Below are positions 47,804 to 56,481 of a stretch of 64,000 bases of DNA, piece after piece. The position numbers and the translations under genes are program-made. Where the stretch lies: the sequence record MW812343.1; one strand, written 5' to 3'. A model generated the notes under the pieces. It was not told the origin of the DNA and did not search any database. It saw only the letters and a list, made by a program, of their open reading frames with translations. Position 1 is the first letter of the stretch. Every line of letters begins with the position of its first letter.

Positions 47804-48278
47804 GAACATGGACAAGAAAGAACGTAATCTGATCGAAATCACAGGTAAAGGCGAAGACAGCAACGGCAAGTTTTACTCGGTGGTGCTGTTAGACCAAACT
47901 AAGATGAATGCAGGTGGACGTCAATACACCGGCGACATCGCACATCTGGTTCGTGGTATCAAACGTATGCCACGTCTGTTCTGTGAAGTCGACCCGTACC
48001 ATGACTACCGTTTTCAGTTCCCGGTAACGGATGACCGCAGTGTGTCTGGGCCATGCACGGTAGAAATGAAAAACGTGTGTGCTTCTATCGAGAACATTCG
48101 TCACGATAAGATGAACCAGCGTGTGTCAGCGGAACTGCGTCCGTGGGGCCCACAAGCTGCAATGGTGCGTAATCTGCTGGATGGTGCAAACCAAAACGTG
48201 ACCTTCGGGATGCGCGCGCTGGCAACCCCTGACGGTAAAATCGACAAAGTCATCACATGGGACCTGTTACCAGAATGA
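47796..48278 (+). CDS. prohead-protease-like paralog, catalytic motifs degenerate
   Basis: NAGGRQY, FCEVDP, V.MKNVCASI, LRPWGPQA...LL, FGMRAL, VITWDL. Confidence 0.55.
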   Translation: MDKNMDKKERNLIEITGKGEDSNGKFYSVVLLDQTKMNAGGRQYTGDIAHLVRGIKRMPRLFCEVDPYHDYRFQFPVTDDRSVSGPCTVEMKNVCASIENIRHDKMNQRVSAELRPWGPQAAMVRNLLDGANQNVTFGMRALATPDGKIDKVITWDLLPE

Positions 48279-48475
48279 ATGTACCCGACCTGTTTTACTG
48301 GTGTGTCATGGTGTTAAGTGGTTTCTTCCTTATCCAGTGTGTCATTGGCACGGTTAAGGATTTAATGAAAGGCGAATTGATAGGCGCGTTCGTCGAGTTA
48401 GTGTTTGCTGTCCTCGCATGGAACATTCACCGTTGGGCGTTTGTTCATTTGGTACCATTGCAAACACTGTTCTAA
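48275..48475 (+). CDS. small two-TM membrane protein
   Basis: ATGA-coupled, hydrophobic. Confidence 0.65.
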   Translation: MNVPDLFYWCVMVLSGFFLIQCVIGTVKDLMKGELIGAFVELVFAVLAWNIHRWAFVHLVPLQTLF

Positions 48476-48486
48476 TGAAAAAAAGC

Positions 48487-48509
48487 TCAGATAGATATTA
48501 TCTTGGTGA
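48487..48509 (+). promoter_or_regulatory. early promoter
   Basis: TCAGATAGATATTATCTTGGTGA. Confidence 0.78.
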
Positions 48510-48581
48510 GCTTTCCATTATTAGTGCCAAGGAAGGCGTGTTTTACAATTACAATAAATTAAAATAATTAAGGAGTCCATC

Positions 48582-48758
48582 ATGGATAAAATTTATATCG
48601 TTACAGCAGTTCTCTTCACCGTCGCTTGCTTACTGAGCTGGCGCGTATCTTCTAACATGAAACGTCGTAAGTGCCCACCGGGTGCCATTGCGTTTGGTGT
48701 TCAAGCCTGTGTTTACGGTTTCGTTGCCGTGTTCACCGGTGCGAAGTATTTCTTCTAG
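48582..48758 (+). CDS. 58-aa two-TM protein (not in ORF track)
   Basis: MDKIYIVTAVLFTVACLLSWRVSSNMKRRKCPPGAIAFGVQACVYGFVAVFTGAKYFF; AAGGAG SD; own promoter and terminator. Confidence 0.8.
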   Translation: MDKIYIVTAVLFTVACLLSWRVSSNMKRRKCPPGAIAFGVQACVYGFVAVFTGAKYFF

Positions 48759-48762
48759 CAGT

Positions 48763-48797
48763 AAAAAGGGGCACGAAAGTGTCCTTTTTCTTTTTTC
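48763..48797 (+). terminator. intrinsic terminator
   Basis: AAAAAGGGGCAC-GAAA-GTGTCCTTTTT + T run. Confidence 0.85.
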
Positions 48798-48816
48798 GTA
48801 AAATAAGGAGTATCAA

Positions 48817-49884
48817 ATGGCACGTCTGTTAGCATTTACTGGCGGGTTGGATTCTACGTGGGTGTTGAATAAGTTAATCAGCCAACCTGCGTCAGATGGT
48901 GGTGAGGTTATCCATCCTGTTTACATGGATTTTTATCAAGGTTCTCCAGCGGCGTTGGTCGAATTTATTCTCGGTAGTGAAATCGCCCTACGTCTGCTCA
49001 AACACAACAAAGACCACTACAGAGAACCCCTGCTGTGGTTGTCACCACCACATGGTCTGTTTACCTCGGCCATTATCGGGCGTTCGGGTGCTGGCGAGTC
49101 GCGTCTCATCCAGCAGGGAAACACGGTCTTAGGGTTGGCGCACATGATGAACCCGATTCAGGCTCGTCACCCCGGCTCAACGGCATTGACTGGTTGGAAC
49201 AAGGCAGACTTCATTGAAAACAGCGCCTTACAAGGCGAGTGGTCGGAAGAAGATTATCTGCGCCTGAAGAAAGTCTATAGTGAGTTGATGTTCTTCCAAG
49301 ACCATCACTACCGTTGCTCTCCGTTACTCACACCTGCGTGGGATATGGAGAAGAAGGACATGTGGGATCAGCTTCCCGCTGATGTGCAGGAATTGATTAC
49401 GGTCTGCTCGACGTATATGTTCAAGTTCTTCCACATCAAATCTGAAAATGCGATTTATATCGCGTGCAACCCGGAACACTTCGGTAAATCGCTGCGTTAT
49501 CTCAAACGGGGTATTAACTTGTCTGCTGGTTGGCGGATTGCAATTGATGAAGAGTTCAAACGTCGTGTCTTCACAGAAAACTTACCCGGTAACTATTTCG
49601 CCGGGTCTTTCCCGGACGGTATACTGCCTACCGGCGACGAGAAGAAGAATCTCCCCAGCTTGCGAATGACCTCAGACGCAGCCAATCTGCAAATTGAAGC
49701 TTACAGCGTCGAGGAGTGGAAGGTTAAGTTGGAACACGTAGAACAGATGCTAAAGGTGGAACGTGAACGAGAACAAGCCGAGTACCGCGCCCAGCGAGAA
49801 AAAGAAAAGGCTGATAATCCGGACGCTGCAAATAGCGAAGTGGCGAAAGGCGAAGTCGCCGTATCCGGCAGTACCGCTGGTTGA
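48817..49884 (+). CDS. QueC-like PP-loop ATPase
   Basis: AFTGGLDST, IHPVYMDFYQ, TGWNKADF, LTPAWDMEK..MW, ITVCS match QueC order; Zn cluster incomplete. Confidence 0.7.
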   Translation: MARLLAFTGGLDSTWVLNKLISQPASDGGEVIHPVYMDFYQGSPAALVEFILGSEIALRLLKHNKDHYREPLLWLSPPHGLFTSAIIGRSGAGESRLIQQGNTVLGLAHMMNPIQARHPGSTALTGWNKADFIENSALQGEWSEEDYLRLKKVYSELMFFQDHHYRCSPLLTPAWDMEKKDMWDQLPADVQELITVCSTYMFKFFHIKSENAIYIACNPEHFGKSLRYLKRGINLSAGWRIAIDEEFKRRVFTENLPGNYFAGSFPDGILPTGDEKKNLPSLRMTSDAANLQIEAYSVEEWKVKLEHVEQMLKVEREREQAEYRAQREKEKADNPDAANSEVAKGEVAVSGSTAG

Positions 49885-50188
49885 TGTTACTGTTAAATCA
49901 GGTATCAAGGCGTTAGCGCCAACATGGGACTTTTTGATGGAGTACAAAAACTCCGATAAAGGTCCCGAGGCAGAAGACGCTTATACCAAAAAATATAAAA
50001 GCAGAATCCAACAACTCAAACAGGATGACCCTGATGTGATGTTGGAGCTGCTGTATCAGGAAGAGATTATCCTGATGTGCTATTGCCCAGCCGGGAAGTT
50101 TTGTCACCGGCTTTTATTAGTTGATGAGTTCTTCGCATTGGGTGAAGACCACGGTATCGAAGTAATCTACGAAGGAGAAATAGCGTGA
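49763..50188 (+). CDS. DUF488-like protein
   Basis: D.TVKSG, LAPTWD, ILMCYC...FCHR; start uncertain, inside the previous gene. Confidence 0.7.
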   Translation: MNENKPSTAPSEKKKRLIIRTLQIAKWRKAKSPYPAVPLVDVTVKSGIKALAPTWDFLMEYKNSDKGPEAEDAYTKKYKSRIQQLKQDDPDVMLELLYQEEIILMCYCPAGKFCHRLLLVDEFFALGEDHGIEVIYEGEIA

Positions 50189-50256
50189 AGAAAATTCAGA
50201 ACAGTGGAATCTGTGGAACCATCAACCGTAACCAAATTATCAACGAGGATAATAAC

Positions 50257-50652
50257 ATGAGTTTTGATATCAAAAATGACACCCTGCGCATTATCGTTCC
50301 GGTTGGCACCATCCCCGGTCGTGAAATCCCGCTGTTTGAAAACGCGACAGCATTAGCAAAAGAATCTTTCGAAGCAGCAGGCTTTGAGAAAGTGGAACTG
50401 GTTGAGAAACCGGCCGCGTTCTTCACCCGCGCGTACAGCGACAGCGGTTGTGGTTGGGCGGCACTGTACAATTACGGTCTGGTGCTCCGTTCGTCGTTCA
50501 CTCCGTATGTTACGCTGGAAGAACTGCAAAAGCACGCGGCTATTATTAACGTGTGGCACGACATCTTCAGTCACAAAATCCCGACTGACACGTTGATTAA
50601 ATTCTCACCGACCTTGACCATGGCCGCGGTCAATGCATTAGCCAACAAATAA
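50257..50652 (+). CDS. hypothetical protein
   Basis: GAGGA SD before ATG 50257. Confidence 0.7.
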   Translation: MSFDIKNDTLRIIVPVGTIPGREIPLFENATALAKESFEAAGFEKVELVEKPAAFFTRAYSDSGCGWAALYNYGLVLRSSFTPYVTLEELQKHAAIINVWHDIFSHKIPTDTLIKFSPTLTMAAVNALANK

Positions 50653-50676
50653 TTACCACCCACAAGGAGTATCAAC

Positions 50677-51576
50677 ATGCAAAACCAATTTATCCGCGTA
50701 CCGTTGTTTTCAAGATTTACTGTTTCTGATACTTTCATGATTCAGAATCTAATCGAAACCACGAATAAGCTCTACGCGCTGGCGAAAGAAAAGTTTCCAC
50801 AGATCGAAGGGTACAGCGTTCCTGAAGAAACCCGCACGTATGTCCTCATGGAAAAGTACGTCCGTCCGGCATATCGCGCCTTGACGAAACTCGACGCGGA
50901 TTCGGAAGAAGCGTTGAAAATCATTGCGCTGCTCCACGACGTCTATTGTGGTATCGTTGCGGATGATTGCGTGCATGTAGAACCCACACCTGCGATGTTG
51001 TTGGGCATCACGAACCAAAACCTCGAATCACAAATGTACATGAAAGAACTGCTCGAAAATAAACCGGGCATGTTCCGCAGTAACAACGCGAGAACCCCAC
51101 GCGTTAACGGTATAACCAAAAAAGATATTACCCTCATCGGTACTACAGATATGCCTGACGATATGTGCCGCGCTATTCTTGAAACGATGTCTCGTTTTAA
51201 CATGGGTAGAAATACTCTATTGGCGGGTAACAAACGCAATGTCATCACTGCCCCGACCAGCTTCAACCTGAATTACTTGGGTGATGCTAAATGGGAAGTG
51301 GATATTCACGTTGTGGGACAATCTGTACCTGATCTGGTCTGGGATTTGATTATCGAGCGCCTGAAAGCCGGTAGCGAATCCACCGAAGATAAATATACTG
51401 TCGATGGCGACAAGATGATTATCGAGCTGGCGCAGATGGTACCAAGACATAACCTGAGTGACACGGTTATTCATCTGGTGACCAATGGCATGAAAAACAC
51501 CATTGTGCACACGCTCTTGGATATCAGCAAAGATCGTTACCACAACGAAATCGTCCTTCGTCCCCTGAATAAATGA
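50677..51576 (+). CDS. hypothetical protein
   Basis: AAGGAG SD. Confidence 0.75.
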   Translation: MQNQFIRVPLFSRFTVSDTFMIQNLIETTNKLYALAKEKFPQIEGYSVPEETRTYVLMEKYVRPAYRALTKLDADSEEALKIIALLHDVYCGIVADDCVHVEPTPAMLLGITNQNLESQMYMKELLENKPGMFRSNNARTPRVNGITKKDITLIGTTDMPDDMCRAILETMSRFNMGRNTLLAGNKRNVITAPTSFNLNYLGDAKWEVDIHVVGQSVPDLVWDLIIERLKAGSESTEDKYTVDGDKMIIELAQMVPRHNLSDTVIHLVTNGMKNTIVHTLLDISKDRYHNEIVLRPLNK

Positions 51577-51599
51577 GCTGTCCCCACAAGGAGTATAAA

Positions 51600-52118
51600 A
51601 TGGAAATGAACTTTTACACCAAGCGTGAGATGTCACATCTCGCGATGTTAAAGCAGCCGGGTATGGCAATTGACCCTGCGATTAAGATTGACCCACTCAA
51701 AGAAGAGATTGCTCTGAATTACCCGGAAGCAGAATGGAACGACTGGTACTGCAAAGTAAAAGTGGTCTCTTACGCGCTGCTTGAGCTTGCCCGCTACAAT
51801 ACCTGTAAGCGTTTGCAGGGCTGGGTCTGGTACGTGCCCCGTACACCGTCACAGTTAGCCTTTGAGACGAATCCAGAAGAGAAGGTAGGCATCCGCCCGG
51901 TTATTCATCCAGAACGCTTAGACGTGCATCTGGAAGCGATTTGGAACCGCCCCCGTACAGAGCTGGCGGAAATCATTCGTATCATCCAGCGGGTAGAGAT
52001 TCCGGGCCTGACGTGGGTAACGTGGGATTCGGTTGACGTCAACAAAAACTTCTGGGTATTGAGTTGGGTCGGTGGTCCGTTCCACAACCACAACCACATC
52101 TATCTGAACCGGAGATAA
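51600..52118 (+). CDS. hypothetical protein
   Basis: AAGGAG SD before ATG 51600. Confidence 0.7.
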   Translation: MEMNFYTKREMSHLAMLKQPGMAIDPAIKIDPLKEEIALNYPEAEWNDWYCKVKVVSYALLELARYNTCKRLQGWVWYVPRTPSQLAFETNPEEKVGIRPVIHPERLDVHLEAIWNRPRTELAEIIRIIQRVEIPGLTWVTWDSVDVNKNFWVLSWVGGPFHNHNHIYLNRR

Positions 52119-52121
52119 GCG

Positions 52122-52445
52122 ATGCTTGAAAAGTTGTTCTGTTTCTTGTTTCCCCCTTACGCCGTCCTCGTGAGACGTATCCGTGTATTAGAACGTGAAA
52201 ATAAGTTTTTGGTTGATACCGCACTCAGTGCGCTGGTGACCGCAGAAAAATGTAGCGGTCGTGCCATGCGCAGCACCGCGCTTTCTCAGGTCACTTCGCG
52301 TTGGCCTGGGTCACGAAAATTGATGTATTCGCATTTGGGCCAACTGGCAGGGGCGTTGAAAAAACACCGGCAGAAATGTCGCAATATGATCAAAGCTTTC
52401 TGTCACAAATACGATAAACCTGTACCGGAGTTTCGGGATGATTGA
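52122..52445 (+). CDS. hypothetical protein
   Basis: GGAG SD. Confidence 0.65.
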   Translation: MLEKLFCFLFPPYAVLVRRIRVLERENKFLVDTALSALVTAEKCSGRAMRSTALSQVTSRWPGSRKLMYSHLGQLAGALKKHRQKCRNMIKAFCHKYDKPVPEFRDD

Positions 52446-52713
52446 CCGGATTGTTAGTTTCATCAACAAACGCCAGCGTGAACTCTTCCAACGCAACCTT
52501 CGGTTGGAAGAACAGAAGCTGGAAGCGGAAAAGCGTATCCGTACGCTGGAAAAGATGGCGCTGGAAATCGCCCACGCAGCAGAAGCACACTGTGTGGTGA
52601 TTAAAAGCGGTGTTGAACGCAGTGACGGTCCTTCCATTCGCCTGTCGGCAGACACCCTTCAACAACGGATGGTGGATTACCGTACTAAAGTTAAAGAGCT
52701 GGACTATTTCTAA
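52438..52713 (+). CDS. hypothetical coiled-coil protein
   Basis: Coupled. Confidence 0.65.
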   Translation: MIDRIVSFINKRQRELFQRNLRLEEQKLEAEKRIRTLEKMALEIAHAAEAHCVVIKSGVERSDGPSIRLSADTLQQRMVDYRTKVKELDYF

Positions 52714-53039
52714 TGAAAGACGTTACTTCTTACGATGCGAAATCGTTAGCGGGAATGTCGCCAGAACAAACTCTCACCTACCTCGCGGCGGGTGGGAAGA
52801 TTCTGGATGACACCGAGTCTGCTGACCGACTGCTCACCATGATGGTGCCCCTGCGTGACAACTACTACGAGATTGTGCCGTTGGCAACCGAGTATGTGGT
52901 GCGTACGCCGGGGCGTGAATACGAAGCATTGAGAGCGCCTCGCACTGTCGGTGGGGTGATTCTATTGATGCGTAACTTTAACGACGCTGTAGAGCGCTGT
53001 GGGCTGTTTATCGCCACAGGTGGAACGGGACACTACTGA
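52713..53039 (+). CDS. hypothetical protein
   Basis: TAATG-coupled. Confidence 0.65.
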   Translation: MKDVTSYDAKSLAGMSPEQTLTYLAAGGKILDDTESADRLLTMMVPLRDNYYEIVPLATEYVVRTPGREYEALRAPRTVGGVILLMRNFNDAVERCGLFIATGGTGHY

Positions 53040-53464
53040 TGTTTGGATGGTTACGAACTAAAAAAGCATTACTGCGTGAGATTGCCGAACTGAAAGCGTT
53101 CATCCACTTACAACCCACCACCATCGAGGGGGTGTATACCGAAGATGAATGTAATCTGAAGCTGGCAAAGACGATGGCCTCGATGCATCACCACATGCAA
53201 GCAGGTGATGAGTGGTCTTTTGTTTATGGTCTGCATCTGAGCAAGCTTTCGCCTGATGTGGCAAGTTATGCCCAGAAGTTTACCGAAGAAAATAAAGTGA
53301 GCTATGGAACACGCCACGTTAACTACGACATGAATCCGGTTTTCGACTTCCCATTGAAACCGGGTGAAGTATACGTGCGTCCTCGTGACTGGTTTCGTCC
53401 ACATATCCGCGGGGTAATCACAGTTAAAGACCTCTCCGCTTATATCCCGCCAAAGAAGGATTAG
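53039..53464 (+). CDS. hypothetical protein
   Basis: TGATG-coupled. Confidence 0.65.
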   Translation: MFGWLRTKKALLREIAELKAFIHLQPTTIEGVYTEDECNLKLAKTMASMHHHMQAGDEWSFVYGLHLSKLSPDVASYAQKFTEENKVSYGTRHVNYDMNPVFDFPLKPGEVYVRPRDWFRPHIRGVITVKDLSAYIPPKKD

Positions 53465-53467
53465 TTA

Positions 53468-53887
53468 ATGTATCAACTGACGTTGTCAAATGGGTTAACG
53501 GTTAGTTTAGTTCAACCGACAGTCGAAGATGTGCGTAAGTTCACGCAGAACCATCGTGATGCGCGTACCTCGCAGTCGATGTGGATTCTTAGCGAGAACG
53601 GTGAGTTCATCTTACCGAAATTCGTTAAGTCTGCGCGCGGTGAGCACATCGCCATTAACCGCTTCCTTGACCGGATGCAAAAGGTCGGCACCGAGTACGG
53701 TTTAGCAGTCTGTACTGCGGAACTGCCTGATGATTTGGTGTTGATGTCGGATGAACTGTTGCACATGTCAGTGGAGTATCTGGCGCTTATCGACACGTAT
53801 TGTAAGTACCCGAACGCGCGGACGTTTATCCAGATGTCGAACATGGCATCGCACTTCTGGAATGTTCACTACAGCAAGAAACACTAA
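53468..53887 (+). CDS. hypothetical protein
   Basis: AAGGA SD. Confidence 0.65.
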   Translation: MYQLTLSNGLTVSLVQPTVEDVRKFTQNHRDARTSQSMWILSENGEFILPKFVKSARGEHIAINRFLDRMQKVGTEYGLAVCTAELPDDLVLMSDELLHMSVEYLALIDTYCKYPNARTFIQMSNMASHFWNVHYSKKH

Positions 53888-53911
53888 GAGTAACCTAAAA
53901 GGAGTATTAAA

Positions 53912-55258
53912 ATGTTAAAACCTCGTAAAGCAAAAACCAGTCTGGCAATCGTTACCCGTTATTCAAGCGGACTGAAAGGATTCCCAGAAGGGTTTGCGGT
54001 ATATCTGGGCAAGAAGCGTGTTCGATATATCGATGGTGTGGAAGTGGGTGAGATCGTTGGGCCATTAGGTGCCCCGGCCTTACCCGTTTTCAACTTACCG
54101 AAAATAACCCGTGTGATGTACCGCCAGTTGCAGGACATGTTCTGTCGCGCGACCATCGGCATGGGCAGTAAGTATTACGGTCTGCGCAAGTTAAAGCCGG
54201 TACCGAAAACTAAAAACACGTACATGGAAGAGTTGCAGGAGTCGTTGTTCGGCAAGCCGGACTACAATCATATCGGGATTAACGCTAACCGTGATGCGGG
54301 TATGCAGACCTCGATGGATGTGTTGTTTAAGGGCGGGATTCACAACGGTGCTGATAGACTGAAGCGCAAGATTGAAAACAACCCCGGTGTCTCTGGTGCG
54401 TTTGACCGCCGTCTCGGCAGACCTCTCGACAACACTGTCAATGAGTTGTATTCACATCCGGGTATGTCACTGACCGGCGAATTGCGTATCCGCGATGTGG
54501 CATTGGCAATGGCTGATTTCAATGTCAACGTCGCGCTGCGTAAAATGAACTTTTCCGAAGTGAAAGTGATGTACACCTCAGACGTGTTGAAAGATGTCGA
54601 AAATGAGTTGCGTACCTGCCAAGACGACCGCAACCACATCAACCGCATGCTGGAACTTCGCAAGACGTTACCTCAGTCGGCTGGAACATATACGATTGTC
54701 GATAAGCTGATCAAACTCCCGTTGCTGTCTCAGCTGACAGACGCTATCTGTGCTGCTGGTAAACGAGCAATGGCAGAACTACCGCCAGAGGACTTCTGTA
54801 AACTCGACGACCCTACGCCAGAAACGCTGGTAGACTGGCTGATTCTGTTTGGTTCACTTAACCCGCCGAAAACACTGGACTACTTGGGTACATTGTCACC
54901 GACTGCTACCGACACGGCTACCAAGGCGTTATACGATCGTGTGCGGGCGGCCGCAGGGATTAACGAAGGTGATGAAGCGGTAGCCAGAACGGTAGCGCTG
55001 GCACGGACGATTAGTCCGCACCTTCACGACCCGTATGCGTTCTCTCGTGCGCTGCGTAATGGTGAGCCGGTTCTGTACATGGACACGGAGATGCCGATGG
55101 ACATGTCTGGATTGGAAAAACTCTGTGTACCCGGCCTAGACCCGCAAGAAGTCTTTGCCCGATATGTCAAACAACGTCAGAAAGGCGATGGGCAAGAATT
55201 CACCATCGATTCACTGTCTCAAGCAAACAGCCTACTGAAGGACAACGACGATGCTTAA
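53912..55258 (+). CDS. hypothetical protein
   Basis: 448 aa, AAGGAG SD. Confidence 0.75.
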   Translation: MLKPRKAKTSLAIVTRYSSGLKGFPEGFAVYLGKKRVRYIDGVEVGEIVGPLGAPALPVFNLPKITRVMYRQLQDMFCRATIGMGSKYYGLRKLKPVPKTKNTYMEELQESLFGKPDYNHIGINANRDAGMQTSMDVLFKGGIHNGADRLKRKIENNPGVSGAFDRRLGRPLDNTVNELYSHPGMSLTGELRIRDVALAMADFNVNVALRKMNFSEVKVMYTSDVLKDVENELRTCQDDRNHINRMLELRKTLPQSAGTYTIVDKLIKLPLLSQLTDAICAAGKRAMAELPPEDFCKLDDPTPETLVDWLILFGSLNPPKTLDYLGTLSPTATDTATKALYDRVRAAAGINEGDEAVARTVALARTISPHLHDPYAFSRALRNGEPVLYMDTEMPMDMSGLEKLCVPGLDPQEVFARYVKQRQKGDGQEFTIDSLSQANSLLKDNDDA

Positions 55259-55832
55259 ACCTAAGAAGCGCAAAGACCGTGTTTATCTCGTGCGCTCGAT
55301 GAAAGACGGTTATGTTATTCGCAGCAATGCGAAGCGCGTGGTATTGACCAAGGAAGCCACCGATGGAATTCTGTTGGTGTACGACCCGAACTACGATTAT
55401 CCGTGTGCGAATCGTGTGGTGCGTTTGGTTCTCGATATGGTTTATCGGAGCAGACAAAAACTCTCGATGCTAAATGAATTCTCGTGGGAGACATTCACGC
55501 CAAGTATGGAAAAGTGCCGTATCCCTACTGATGGTGTGATGGGTCGTGAGCTGAACTGGAGTGAACTTGCGGCGGGTTGGGTGGAGCCTAAGATTTCTGA
55601 TGAAGCCAAAGCATCTATCGCTGGGTTAGAAATCAAAGGTGTCGAGTTAAAACAATCGAAAATCTCAAAGGCGAATATCGAAGAGTTGGTAGCAGAGTTT
55701 GGCAATGTTGCTGAACAACAACTCATCGAACGTTTTGTTAAAGACCCGACTCCTTCAGCCGAAGCGGTCGAGCAGGCACAACGTATCGGTAGTTTGATGG
55801 TACATCGCTGGCTAGAAAAACAGAACTGTTAA
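55251..55832 (+). CDS. hypothetical protein
   Basis: Coupled; terminator follows. Confidence 0.7.
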   Translation: MLKPKKRKDRVYLVRSMKDGYVIRSNAKRVVLTKEATDGILLVYDPNYDYPCANRVVRLVLDMVYRSRQKLSMLNEFSWETFTPSMEKCRIPTDGVMGRELNWSELAAGWVEPKISDEAKASIAGLEIKGVELKQSKISKANIEELVAEFGNVAEQQLIERFVKDPTPSAEAVEQAQRIGSLMVHRWLEKQNC

Positions 55833-55840
55833 AAGACAGT

Positions 55841-55879
55841 ACCCTACTCCTTCGGGAGTAGGGTTTCTTCTTTTTTTTT
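55841..55879 (+). terminator. intrinsic terminator
   Basis: ACCCTACTCC-TTCG-GGAGTAGGGT + T run. Confidence 0.92.
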
Positions 55880-55899
55880 GTTTACTCGCAGTGAAAAAG

Positions 55900-55925
55900 A
55901 TTTCAGATATATATTACCTAGGTGA
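55900..55925 (+). promoter_or_regulatory. early promoter identical to 7840-7865
   Basis: ATTTCAGATATATATTACCTAGGTGA. Confidence 0.8.
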
Positions 55926-55983
55926 GAGTTGAGTAATAATCTTCTCTTATTCATCCCATTAATAGACTATCAAGGAATACATC

Positions 55984-56409
55984 ATGACCGTAATCAAACT
56001 GAACGAAACCATTCGTAACGCAGCACGCACTAGCCCAACGTACCTGCTGACCATCATTGGCATGTATGCCGCAACAGGAAAGGTTAATAACCTCGACCTT
56101 AACGAAGTCGATGCTGCGGTAAAACGTGCCAATCAAATGGCTTCCAACACTCACGCTATCCCGGTGCGTGAAGATTTCGAAAGTGATGAAGCGTACAACG
56201 ACCAAGTAAATCAACTGGCCGTTATCTTGGAACTGGCAACCACACTGAACTACGAGTTCGAGGCGGAAACAGTTCCAGAAATGATTGACGAGCTTTATGC
56301 TCGCATCGAAGCCAATCACATTGCAAGCGAAGCGTATCACGCTATCAGCCCTTCTGTCCGTCGGATGGAAGAAGCTTTCATGGATAAAGCAAAAAAAGAA
56401 CTGTTCTAA
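55984..56409 (+). CDS. acidic early protein
   Basis: AAGGA SD; hairpin 56417-56440 follows. Confidence 0.75.
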   Translation: MTVIKLNETIRNAARTSPTYLLTIIGMYAATGKVNNLDLNEVDAAVKRANQMASNTHAIPVREDFESDEAYNDQVNQLAVILELATTLNYEFEAETVPEMIDELYARIEANHIASEAYHAISPSVRRMEEAFMDKAKKELF

Positions 56410-56481
56410 ATACTACACCCCTACCCAAACGGGTAGGGGTTAATTACTCTTATCTTAAAATTTAAATACTGGAGAATCACC

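Noticed and set aside
49790-49815. Programmed frameshift fusing QueC-like and DUF488-like genes
   Set aside because: A-rich run is not a canonical slippery heptamer and the second frame is +1; an independent SD/GTG exists
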